A stretch of 64,000 nt of DNA from Macrostomum lignano (taxonomy: Eukaryota): contig NIVC01000069.1 in the NCBI GenBank assembly GCA_002269645.1, forward strand, positions 62,001-126,000, in the 5' to 3' direction. The position numbers were made by a program, and so were the translations under genes. This document shows positions 34,275 through 45,212 of the stretch, piece by piece; within the stretch, counting starts at the first letter, position 1, and every line of letters begins with the position of its first letter. The notes below the pieces were generated by a model. That model worked only from the letters and a program-made list of their open reading frames with translations. It ran no database searches and had not been told where the DNA came from.

Positions 34275-35174
34275 TGTAGTGACTGGCTGCTAACTAGCTA
34301 TTCAGCAGCATTCACTAGCTTTCCCTAAGAGCGCTGTGGTCCGCTGCACAGTGGCTCAGTCCACCTGATCTAAGGAGAGAGATACCCTGTGCTGGGCCTA
34401 AGTGTTTACTGCCCGATGACTCATCGCCTGAGCAGGCGTGGGCAGCCACACTCAAAGTCTTCCCACCCGCGCTGCGAGGCGTAGCAGGATGACTCATCAC
34501 CTGCGCGGAGTGTAATGGCTGCCTAGAGGGAGTAAACAGGATGACTCATCCGCCCAAGTTCTATTTTTAGCACAGAAAAGCACGTGACTGTGCACGCACC
34601 CGCGTGGCCACTGACCTTGAGTCACGCCACTGCTGCGTGACAGGGTTGCCTTATTTGGAAGTTGGCCTTGAATCACGCGTCGCTCGCATGATTTCAATGC
34701 CCAAATAAGGAAGTTTCACGCGCTCACCGCATGAAACTCACGTGACTTTTGGGGGTCCGCTCGGCTATAAATACGGAGCATCTGCGAGCCATTTTCTCCA
34801 GATCGCGTCGTCCTGCCTGGGTCCGACCGGAGCTGCCTCTCTGCCTCCGAGCTCTCCTCTCCCATTTCAGGTTTTTCAGGTTTTCAGGTTCGAGCAGCAT
34901 TCTACTAAGACGATCGACTGTCGAGACATTTTCAGATTTGCCTTTGCTCCGAGCGACTTTGTTATTTTTCTTTCAGGTGACGGATAGACAACTCTGCCGA
35001 CGCGTCGAGTCCGCACACCAAGGTGGCAGCAACCCTACCAAGTCGAGGCTAACTTTTAGGTTCATTTTCAGGCAAATCGATAGGTAGTACAACGGTGCTA
35101 TCTAGCTTCTTCAGGAGCAGCGGGTTTTATTTTCTAGGAACATCTTCAAGAACCCGAGAAGGAGAAGCGTAACA
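34275..35174 (+). mobile_element. Candidate 900-bp solo LTR
   Basis: TGTAG...TAACA termini flanked by 4-bp TACT (34271-74, 35175-78); internal enhancer cluster and TATA box; no ORF. Confidence 0.6.
34415..34772 (+). promoter_or_regulatory. Dense promoter: 4 AP-1 sites, 2 CArG boxes, 2 E-boxes, TATA
   Basis: GATGACTCATC at 34415, 34488 and 34540; TGAGTCA at 34618; CCTTATTTGG 34649-58 and CCAAATAAGG 34701-10; CACGTG at 34581 and 34739; TATAAAT at 34766. Confidence 0.7.
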
Positions 35175-35467
35175 TACTGAACTGTACTGGCCTATCCGTG
35201 ACAGTACAATGCATTAGGCCGAATTTTATCACTAGTAACAAACTACTTTTTCTTTTTTATGTATCGCATCTTAGCTAAAAGCAACGGAAAATCTCTGTTT
35301 TGACATAAAATCCGTAAAATACATTCTGTACGAATCTTTTTCATTCGATGCTGTTTTACCTGGTGAGTAGTTTGACTTACTGTGCGACTTTCATGATTTT
35401 GAACTAATAAGTCTACCTTTCAAAAAGCCTTGGCATAATATATAATAATAATTTAATTTATTACAAC

Positions 35468-35764
35468 TGTCCTAATTGGGCCAGATGTGCAACCGACAGC
35501 TCAGCCGCAGCTATTGCGCGGCGCATCTGAAGACTGCGTACGGCTGTTCAGTCCAAGGACTGGGGGGTCGCCACACACACCCTCAATTACCCCAGCTAAT
35601 GGTGGCACCCATTTTACAGCTGGGTGAAGTGAAGCAATGTATAGTTAAGTGTCTTTCTCAAGGACACACACTGTTCCAAGTGAGACGAGAATCGAACCCC
35701 TTCATGTCGGGAATCCGCGCTCTAACCACTAGCTTGCAACCCCTCTCACTAGGCTACAACCCCT
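35468..35764 (-). mobile_element. tRNA-derived CORE/Meta-type SINE, near full length
   Basis: Reverse complement matches the 60528-60830 copy across head, CORE and tail. Confidence 0.88.
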
Positions 35765-36343
35765 AATATACGGGATAACATATGTAGCATAGTTTATAAA
35801 GAGTTAGAAAGTTAACGTTTCTAAGAGTTTGCTACAGTAGAATATCCCGCGATTTAAAACATTGTACCTATAGCATATCCCTGGGTAGCTAATGGCCCTC
35901 TGGTCTTTCTTGGTTCTGGACTACGAATTCAGGAGATCACTGGTTGTATTGCACTAAACAATACATCGGCACTACTATAAAGTAGTATAGATGAAAAAAC
36001 CAAGATATTTCGGGTGATTAACCTTTGGATCAACGTGTAATGATAAAAATAACATGCCTAGTACTACTTGATTGCTAATACTTTTAAAATGCATTTTCAT
36101 GGACCTGTCACTCGTGAATGTATTTAATCAAGTCTGAATTTCTACCACTCTCTCAGTTGCTTCGAGCACCACCTCATTAATGCGGAGCATGCCCCGGGGA
36201 TGTAATACCCAAACAATTCTAAAACAACAATCTGGCTCTCTGTCCATATGTTTTCTATGTCAGGTTTTTATTAAACTCGGAATTAATAATTAAGTTCTTC
36301 AGAATGTGTCGAAGATGCAAACTTTTAAATAATGCTTAAATAT

Positions 36344-36366
36344 GCCGTAAAGACGGTCTCTGACTG
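36344..36366 (+). other. Sequence resembling the 5' stem-loop of the flatworm spliced leader (SL RNA fragment or pseudogene)
   Basis: GCCGTAAAGACGGTCTCTgACTG versus the recalled SL start GCCGTAAAGACGGTCTCTTACTG; CCGT/ACGG hairpin; the rest of the SL exon and the donor GT are absent. Consensus is from memory. Confidence 0.5.
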
Positions 36367-38044
36367 TTTTTACCCTGGCTGTCTCTCTGGCGGCACTTCT
36401 CGGGTTGTGCGCAATCCAATTGGCCTATAGTTCTATAGCCCAATCACTAAGTGTCCTTGCCGGAGGCAATGTACACATCTAAAAATAACCCTATCTTTTT
36501 GCATTCCAATTGTTTGGCCATCGGCCTTGGGTGAGGGGGGTGTACCTGGAGTGAGTTGGAATTCTGGACTACAGTGTGTCTAGAACAGGACTTGAGCCCC
36601 CCGGTCGCACCCGCACTGAAGGAACGACGACCTTTCATAAAAGTGTAACGGTAGAGCCCAGTTGATGCCAGCCCTGAGGCTGAGCCCCAGGTTTAGGGTT
36701 CAGGTGCTCCTCCCATTTTGTTTTTATCCCTTTGTGCTTTTATGCTTTTATCCTTTGTGTTTTATCTAGGCCCACTGAAGCCAACCAATATCTTGGAGTT
36801 ATGAGCTCTGCCCTCCCTGCCTGGTCCATCTTGCTTTGTCCATCTGCTGGTTCTTCTGGTTGTCTCCCTGCTTATTGTGTCTTGGCTCTCATCTCTGACA
36901 GTGGATTGGAGTCCTGGAGAATGAGTTCGTCCCGAATCGGGGAATACCGGCTGAGTCCGGGTTCCTATTGCTCCTAATTTTGCCCCTCTCCGACCCCTTG
37001 GCCCGGCCCCATTCCGGAGACAAGGATAATTCCTCTCTCGGACCTTATACATACTCCAATATTGTTTAGAGCTGGGTAGTGTAAACGCATTGAGGCTCGC
37101 AGCCCTATAGGATGTTCCGCCATACCATCTTAGCTCTAATCCGCCTCCTGATAGGAGCCTCGCCCTTGGTTAATAAGCTGCCCAGACTCACTCCTAAATT
37201 AAGCCTTTTCCGCAGACTTCGGGGTCTCCCCGCTCTCGGACCGCTTTCAGTAGCATTTCAAAAATTTTCCAATCTTTTTTCGCGCACTTCCGGGACTTGT
37301 CTGCTGGGTGGTGGCTTGGGTGGACTCGGTCCTAGCACCGTCCATGATTCCACTGTTGGTTGGCGGTGATGAGGACCGCGCTGCAGGCGAGACCGACGGA
37401 TCCCCCTGAGCGACACCACTTCAACGTAAGTCATTGGTCTCAAGCATGCGATTGAGTTTACTGGCCACCAAAGACTTCAGAGTGGAAAGTGGAGCGCAAC
37501 CCTAAGCGTTTCTTTCTACCAATCCTGACCAGTCTGTATCGGCATCAGAGAAATCACCTTCAGGTCTGAATAGTGATTTCGTCAAGAATACCAACCAATC
37601 GGCAAGGTCAACAAAGTTAACAAAAATACAACCCAAAACATATAAAGCTCGGGGTTATTGGCCTATAGGCCTATATGACAAAAATAAGAAAAAAGACCCG
37701 GTACGGACAACCGTACGATTTTGCTATCCCTAGACTAGACTAGTAAACGATGACAAGGCTTGGCCAGGGTTAATTTTAAACCCTGGCCATGACGTCAGGT
37801 CCCGATCTGGGCTGCTCGGGTTATATTCCCCTGGTAGATGTGCCCCCCCCCCCCCCTAGCGGCAGAGCCCTTCCCTGGGCTGATCCGCGGGAGCTCCTGG
37901 CTACCCACTCTCGTTTAACAACAACAAATATGCTTCATCGAGGTATACAGTGCTTGAAACAAGGAACTAGCAATAAGCTACCTACTAGCATGCATGTAGC
38001 TAGGTGCGGGTACTATTAAACGGAATTCAACAAATTTGTGACGC

Positions 38045-39412
38045 ACTCGGGCCACCCTGGCAACGAGTTGGCCGAAGGCCTGGCCAAGGCTGGCTCGACC
38101 GGTTCTTTTACAGGTCCCCTGCCCGTGGCCCCCACTCCCACCGCCGTTTTCACCACTCGGATCAACCAGTATGTGGATTCAAAGCACAGGGAAGGATGGG
38201 CTAACGCCCCCGACTGCCGGCAATCCCGCGCGGCTGTCCCCTGTCCTTCCTCCGCCCTGCGCAAGGACCTGCTTGGACTCAACCACAGAGACCTCAGGGC
38301 GGTGACCATGGCCCTCTCGGGTCATGGCTGTTTTGACAGGCATCGCCACCTCCAGGGAAAAATCCGTGGTGAGGAATGCCTATTCTGCATCTCCGGTGTC
38401 GAGAATGCGGATCACTGATCACTTCATCTGTGAATGCCCCGCCTTTACTCAGGACAGGCTCACCTACCTTGGCCCAAACCCGGACCTCTCCGACGTTTTC
38501 AGGCCAGAGAATCTCTGCCAGCTCGTCCGCTACCAAAGGGCTACCAGACGAGCGAAAATCCACCTCCTACACTCTCCGGAGGGGGACTTGACTTACTTGA
38601 CTTAGCTGCAGGGCGGTCCGAAGACGCAGCGGGGAGGCGAGCGTCGCCCATTCCGCTAATCCCTGAAAGACCCGCATAGGCTAGGGCGCGGGGCCGGTCA
38701 GGGAGGTCTGCCGGTCCTGTCTGCAGCGTTGTCTTCGGTGGGGAAGACGGAGGCTCGCTTGGTGGCCCGGAGGAACCGGATGAGCCGTGGGATGTTCTCG
38801 GGCCGGCAAACGTCGTCCAGGGACGGGTTGGGCCCGAGGTGGTTGAGCCGGTCTCGGTTGAAGGCCGGGCAGTAGCAGACGAAGTGCTTGGCGTCTTCGT
38901 TCTCGAGGTTGCAGAAAGGGCAGAGTTCACTCCGGCGAACACATCGGAGGAAGCAGTGCCTGGCAAAGCAACCGTGACCTGTGAAGGTCATAGTGAGAGC
39001 GCGGATATCTTTTCGATTTTGATTCAAAAGGATCCTCCGCAGCTTGAGGGACGGATTGGGCACTGCCGCACGAGATTGGCGGCAGTTGGAGATACCATCC
39101 CATCTGCGCAAGTGCAGGATGTCCGCCCAGTCGTTAATCTGACGATTAATATCTGTGGCGGGGATGGGGGCCAGGGGCACGGGGCCAAGGGGCGAGCCGG
39201 AACAGCCCGCCTTAGCGAGGGAGTCGGCGAGCTCGTTACCTTTGAAGCCGGCGTGTCCTGGAGGGGGACCACTTGCGGACACCGGCGCTACCGGAACTCT
39301 CTGCGCGACACCGCAGCACCAGCTGCCCGTGGTCGCTAGGGGTTAGCGAAATGTGCGCCTCCTCGCTGCATCCGGATGCACGGAGCCCCCTGCAGCTAAG
39401 ACAAGTAAGTAA
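38045..39412 (+). mobile_element. 5'-truncated RNase H-bearing non-LTR retrotransposon (I/R1 group) 3' end, copy X, interrupted by copy Y
   Basis: [15 protein letters not shown] (RNase H end), LSGHG, CLFC...[10 protein letters not shown] Zn knuckle; a 7-bp duplication (GATCACT) causes a frameshift; the 3' UTR and CTGCAGCTAAGACAAGTAAGT tail resume at ~39270-39412. Confidence 0.8.
38588..39259 (-). mobile_element. 5'-truncated RNase H-bearing non-LTR retrotransposon, copy Y (672 bp), inserted antisense into copy X
   Basis: GHAGFKGNELADSLAK...FTGHG...CPFC...AKHFVCYCPAF; tail CTAAGTCAAGTAAGTCAA; 10-bp TSD GGAGGGGGAC at 38578-87 and 39260-69. Confidence 0.87.
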
Positions 39413-39906
39413 AGACGCTACACTTGATTCCAAAGTTTAGAGGAATAACTACGAACTTATATTGAGCCCTTACATTCTGTTAAACCTACTAGATGTATTT
39501 CATGCAATATTACTCAATTTTACTGTTCATTTACTCGCTTCACTTTGTACACAAATTGGAATTCTTCGAATTCAAACAGCAGAAAATGAGAGCTAGAATA
39601 TTTGAATGCTTTGGATACTTGTAGCTCGTATAATATTTAGCTCTTTTTCTCTGTCGACAAAAATTTATTTGTCATTCGACCACAAAGTGTTGCTTATACG
39701 CTCTTAAAAGCAAATTACTGAAGAATTATAAAAGATTCAACGATAGGAAAAGAATTTTGTAAAGATTTTCATATTTTCAATGGAACAGTTAAAATAATGT
39801 AATAGCATTAACAAGTATCCCAATCAGTTCTCGAGTTATCGTGGTGCTTTGCTCTTTGATCATCTCCAGCTCATCGGTTAGATCCAGCAGCTCCAAGCCA
39901 AGCCTC

Positions 39907-40662
39907 TCAGGTCAGGCCGAACTTCACCCAGTCAGCGCTCGTCTCGATCGCCTCCTCCACCTGAGCGTCAGTGAAGTGCAGCAGGCGGCATTTCTTTTGC
40001 TTCTTATTGAACAGCACGTGCTGGCTGTCCTTCGATCTCATCGCCATGGCAACGCACTCGATAGCGCTGTCGATGTTGGTCAGGTCAGTGAAGCAGTACT
40101 CAGAGCTGGGATTGTAGCTGGACCGCTTGAACGGAGTTCGCCTCCACTGGCCGTTGAGTTGGGCCGCAATCGGAGCAGCTGCATCGAACTCGCACGCGAA
40201 TCCGAATTTGTCAGAGCAGGAGAGGTCGACGACATTAGTGGAGCTTTCAAAGGTGCCTACGCAGTCCTGTTTTTCATCTTTATTGTTTGGGTCACCGGCG
40301 AACCAAAGAGAGTCATCGAGAGGCAGCTGGCCTCTGCCGAACACCATCTGCCAGCCCTCCCTGCTGGTGTTTCTCTCATCCGCCATGTCGGTCACTCCGA
40401 GCCAGTATTTATTTCCAGTTTGAAAACTCGGCATGCTGGGCAGCAGCTGCAGCGAGCCGTACGAGTTGATGAGCTCGCCACCGATCGATGAGCACTGCCG
40501 ATTGGCCTCGCACCAGGTGAAGCTCTGGGATGGGTTCACGAATATGCACCTGCCGGCCTCGATGTAGAAGGGAGCGGGGCACTGAGCCAGCACCGGCAGC
40601 AGTGAGCAGAGCAAACTCAAAATAATTTGAATAAATATTCGCACTGCGACTGACCGTTGCAT
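39907..40662 (-). CDS. Secreted C-type lectin (signal peptide, CTLD, degenerate PAN/apple-like C-terminus), intronless, copy 1
   Basis: Hydrophobic leader; CP...GRC; TWCEANRQC...GGEL; YWLG; WFAGDPNN...DC; DLSC...FACE; C-terminal YCF...EC...CRLL. Confidence 0.88.
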   Translation of the reverse strand: MQRSVAVRIFIQIILSLLCSLLPVLAQCPAPFYIEAGRCIFVNPSQSFTWCEANRQCSSIGGELINSYGSLQLLPSMPSFQTGNKYWLGVTDMADERNTSREGWQMVFGRGQLPLDDSLWFAGDPNNKDEKQDCVGTFESSTNVVDLSCSDKFGFACEFDAAAPIAAQLNGQWRRTPFKRSSYNPSSEYCFTDLTNIDSAIECVAMAMRSKDSQHVLFNKKQKKCRLLHFTDAQVEEAIETSADWVKFGLT

Positions 40663-42380
40663 TCGGGTACAATTGCAGTTAGTCTGGTCTCGGTTATCGA
40701 GTTAGAAATTGGTATTTTTCATGGTGCTAAATTATTTGAGTCGTTTTTTTATTTATCGTTTATATTCGCTAGATTTTCGACCCAAAATATCCTCATTGGC
40801 GACTGGGAGGCCTGCCAATCAGAGCTGCCCTCGCTTTCCATCCCATTGCCTATAAATATTGCTTAAAAGCGTGTATCATCCTTACTTGTACACTGAAGTT
40901 GCCTGTGCAATGTATCGACTCGCTGTAAAAGTTGATGGAATTCCACTCCGGTATTTTTATTGTTTAAAATAAATGAGTAATAAAAATCGAGTAATTTTTA
41001 ATTGGACGCTTCCTGGATTCACTGGAGAGCCGGCGAATTAATCATTTATTTATTTATATTTAATTATATATTTAAAGTATTTTAACGTCTTTTGTAAAAA
41101 CTATGATTAACTGCATTCACTTGTTGGCTAAACCAAGGAATTTCTGACCAAGCTGATATTTCAGTTGTCATTCCAGTTGCTAGATTTAGAATTCCTTGGC
41201 TAAACCATTCGGCAGCAATGATTTTCAAAGCATAGTGAACGTGAAGCGTGGTGTCATGTCGTGTAAACTGAGTATACATTCGCTGTATTATTGTGATTAA
41301 CTTTACTGACTAATTATTCATTTGAGCGAGGTAACCCTTCCTCCCGGTATCATTGTCCGCGATGCTTTGCAGACACCCCGCTTTGCAGACACCCCGCTTT
41401 GCAGACATCCCGCTTTGCGGACATCGCTTTTCAGGTACGAGCGTAGGGAGATGCAGATACTGCTTTGGAGACACTGCTTTAGTGACTTCGATTTGAGAGA
41501 TGAGAGGCCTAGGCCTGATGGTAAAATTCAGCTGTATAATCCATATACTAAGAATGGTTTGTCGGTATCTACATGTGTCTAGGAGTAAAAGGTGAAATTA
41601 TTGAAGTCCATTTCCGACGTTGAAAGCTTCAATTGCCTTTGATGCGGCCGGCTCACTGACGTATGCAAAGCTGAAGGATTGAAGGCTATTCTCCATTAAG
41701 ATTGCTGGAGTTTTAAAGCGAGTTGGTAGCTCTTAGAAATCAAAAATAGAAATCGGTATTATCTCGTCTGTTTGAGCTTGCAACAGAGCCAACTAAAAAC
41801 TGAAAACGTATCCATCCCCATCACTGCATCCCCGTTGTCTGTCAAATATGACCGAACAAGCAAATAAAAGAAGACTAAACTGCAAGCAAGTTGACTCACC
41901 TAATGGCGAATTTTCGCTTAAATCCATGTCACATCATCGGTTGCTGCAGAATATTTACTTAAGTAGCAGACCACTGTCGCTCACTAGCTAACCTTAGCTC
42001 ACCTCCGACAAATTCCTGTCTTGCATGTTGGAACTCCCAACTGAGGGAACGAGACAGCTCTTCTGGACAGCTTCAATGTGCAAACAATTTCGATTTTTGA
42101 AAGTAAATTTTTAGACACATTAGTAATGAGCCTCTGCTTCAAATATTTACTTTTCTTTGCCTACTTGACTAAGCAACTGTCTGCATCCAATTTGACTACA
42201 TCCGGAACGCCGAAACAGTAAAATGCTGTTGCGAGGCACCGAAGCCTCTGCCACATTGGTCAGTTGAAATTCCCTGCATCTTTGTTATAGAGGCCCAATC
42301 CTTGTAACTGTGTAGGAATGGGTGCGCTGATGGTGGCGGGGGATCCCTAACGCCCAGTGCAATACCTAGCTACTTAGCTA

Positions 42381-44250
42381 GGCACAATCGAGCCCGTCAA
42401 CGTATATTTTATTGTAATACGAACACAAAAAATTAAACGCCGCGAGAACAAGCGATTTCAGCTCAAGGCGAGGCCTAAAAAGGCACAGAACACAACCACC
42501 CACCCCAACGCCGCAAACCCACCCCATGGGTGGAGCCAAACAACCCATCCCAGCCAATCGCAAACGTCGGTTAGCCCACGCCGTACAAGCCGGCTAGGCA
42601 AACCGGTCATTAGCTCTATGGCAGGAAGGGAGACAACGAAAAGCGCTTGGTGAGAAACACTGGTGGCACAATCGAGCCCAATGCCAAAACACGAAGACGA
42701 AAAACACGAAAGAAAACGAGTACGAAGCTAAAAAAAACACCGAACACGAAGACTAAGAGCGTAAAAACCAGGAAATAAAACATTAAAAAGCAAGCAAGGA
42801 GAGTAAAAGCAAAGGAAACCGACAAAGAAAAAGTTTCGAAAGAAAATTAGCAGAGGGTTCATGAGAAGCTAACACGCACAAAGAAACCATGAAATGGCTG
42901 AGTTAGCAAAGCCGCTGCACCGCCTGAGCCATTCTCTTGGCAGCTCGGAAGGATAAGTCACTCTCAGGTAGGTAGCACCGAACCGCGTCGCTGCACCAGT
43001 CACCGACAGCCTTGATCTCATCCTCTGCCAGCCCAGCTCGTAGGCACCACGTAGCGCCGCCCTGCCGCAGGCTGTGCGCAAAGTACAGCACACCAAGGCC
43101 CTCCCAATTCCAGCGCAGCGCAGGGAATTTTGGAGAAAGCGCACGAAATAGGAAGCTGACAGATTGACCCGCTTTGAGCCGCTTTGAGAGCGGGGTGGAC
43201 GGAGCCGAGATGCCATTGACACGAAGGTGCCGCATCATGGCTTCCGTCGAAAAGAGTGGGTGGCCACCGGACAGTTTCGGCAGCAGCACGCGGTGCACCC
43301 GGGCTCCGAACTGGTTGGTTTTGCTGTGCCTCAGGCTCAGGACCAGGCCGGATGACACTGCTGTCAGGTCCCTTCGCTGGAGCGCTTGCACTCCTGCTGA
43401 CTCGGGGAACAGGCTGGATTTGAGCAACATCGCCCACCAGCCGCACAGGATTTCCGCCCAGCATGCAACGCCTCGTGGGTCGCCCTCGTGAATGTTGCAA
43501 AGCAGGTCGTCAGGTGAGAGTGCCTGAGCTCGCCGTGGGGCGCCGCTGAGGTCGCGCCTGGAACCTCGAACCAGGAGGCGCACCAGGGGATGCTTCGTGA
43601 TGTCGACCGCACTGGCGGATCTTAGAAAAGCAGAGATTGCGCTGAGATGTACTCGGAGGCTACTGGGCGACCGAAGGCGAGTGGAGCACAGCTCCACCAG
43701 GTAGTTGAGCAGCGTGGCGACGGTAGAGTTGACCGGATCGGTGCCGACAGCCTGGCAATGCCGCAGCCAGGAGGCGACGGTGGATGACAGTGACCGCCTG
43801 GAGCTGCTAGCGTAGGCGAGACTCAGCAGGCGGCGGGCTTGGGGCCCGACGTGGCTGGCGGCCGCAGGAGGGAGGCGACCTGAAAATTGAGAAAGCGACG
43901 GGTGGCGGGGCAGAGGCAGTGGCTGCTGAACTCTTCAGCATCAACATCGAGAGTCCCATAGACCCGACACAGAAAATTCACAAGCTGACTGCGGCTATGC
44001 AACCGGATCGGCCAATAACTGAAAAGTTCCCGGGACGTGCAGCACCTTCAGATCGAGATCATTTTAAACACAGAGCAGAGCCAGTTGTTGCAACAGCCGG
44101 ATAATGATGGGTTCTCTAGACGAACCTTTATTAACAACAAACAACAAAGTACGCTGTCAGGTGGAAAAAAGCAGCGTCACAGGGCACGCTTCAGAGCCTG
44201 GGCGCGAACAAAGGCCGCACCGAGGACAGAGTCCGGGGCGCCAGCGTCGG
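42381..44250 (-). mobile_element. DIRS/Ngaro-like tyrosine-recombinase retrotransposon remnant (degraded RNase H, YR, 3' terminal region)
   Basis: Degraded RH at ~44200-43985 (VVNKGSSREP...LLQQLALLC*...LKVLHVPG...LADP); YR ORF downstream; 15-bp direct repeat GGCACAATCGAGCCC at 42381-95 and 42665-79, with AATAAA just before the distal copy. Confidence 0.75.
42903..43879 (-). pseudogene. Tyrosine recombinase, probably inactive
   Basis: Core-binding region (LAYASSS...WLRHC...LNYL...LSAI), SKTNQ, HSLRQGGAT, GDWCSDA, RCYL; the first catalytic Arg position reads MLLKSSL instead of LR; no ATG in frame, TTTTCAG acceptor at 43880. Confidence 0.85.
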
Positions 44251-44277
44251 CCAGCATGCAGTCGACGAAACGGGCGA

Positions 44278-44560
44278 TAGAGTGCCGCGTTAGTGATCCG
44301 CTCGTCGCTGATCTTGAAGGCGGCGCGCAGCAGGCCAGCGTGCGCCGCGTTGACTTGCTGTTCGAGCGAATCCGTCAGCGTCCAGGTCTCGGCGTTGTAC
44401 AACAGAACGGTCTCGACCACCGCCTGGAACAGCGCCGCCCTCTGGCGGTCAGGTAGGACCTCGGACTGCAGGACCGCCCTCACAGAGCGAAAGGCAGCCC
44501 AAGCGAGCCCGCGGCGACGCCGCTGATCTTCGCTGACGTCGGACAAAAGAGGCCCTGAAA
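44278..44560 (-). mobile_element. Non-LTR retrotransposon RT C-terminal fragment (RTE/CR1-like)
   Basis: RRRGLAWAAF...LFQAVVETVLLYNAETWTLT...LLRAAF...ITNAALY is typical of the post-RT region. Confidence 0.75.
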
Positions 44561-44984
44561 GGGAGCGGGGCGCCAACGTCAACGGTCAGACATTCGCTTT
44601 TCCCATAAAACATAAAGCATTCGTCATGGAACAGACGCAAAACGTGATGCAGTGCTTTAAGTAGTCTGTACTGCTTAAATAAATCCTTTGTTTTAGACTG
44701 ATACAGTCGGCCTGCGCAGCAAAGACTACGGGTAACTTTCCCAAATCTATTCCACTCAGAACTTACACGTGGAATAACTCCTAGCCTAAAGAAGCGCACT
44801 CGGACCTAAGAATTTTGAGCTTTTAATTGAAATTGGAACGCGATATACAGGTTTATTACAAGAGAGGAACACACAATCAATTTGTCTTCGTCGGTGATTA
44901 CACCTGAAGTTTTCCTGTTATGTGTTGAGTAGAAGACCAGAACTAGTAGTAAAAGAAAATTCAACACAGCTATAAGTTGTTAAA

Positions 44985-45212
44985 AGGGTTTGCAGCCTAG
45001 TGGTTAGAGCTCAAATGTCACGGTTTCGATTCTCGAATTTGTGTCCTTGAGCAAGACACTTAACTCTGCATTGCTTCAGTTCACCCAGCTGTAAAATGGG
45101 TGCCAGCATTAGCTGGGGTAATTGAGGGTGTGTGTGGCGACCCCCCAGTCCTTGGACTGAACAGCCGTACGCAGCCTTCATATGAGCCGCGCAATGGCTG
45201 GGCAGGTGTAAT
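44985..45212 (+). mobile_element. tRNA-derived CORE/Meta-type SINE with internal deletions
   Basis: GCCTAGTGGTTAGAGC...TTCGATTCTCG...GTGTCCTTGAGCAAGACACTTAAC...CTGTAAAATGGG...GGGCAGGTGTAATCA. Confidence 0.87.

Noticed and set aside
36700-37450. Purine-rich minus-strand stretch that might be a decayed gag/ORF1
   Set aside because: All frames are broken by stops and no diagnostic motif was recognised.
38045-39412. Twin-priming inversion as the origin of the inverted LINE pair
   Set aside because: The two parts cover the same region of different subfamilies, and the inner one has its own 10-bp TSD and tail.
42903-43879. Crypton (YR-only DNA transposon) interpretation
   Set aside because: A degraded DIRS-type RNase H lies immediately upstream, favouring a YR retrotransposon.
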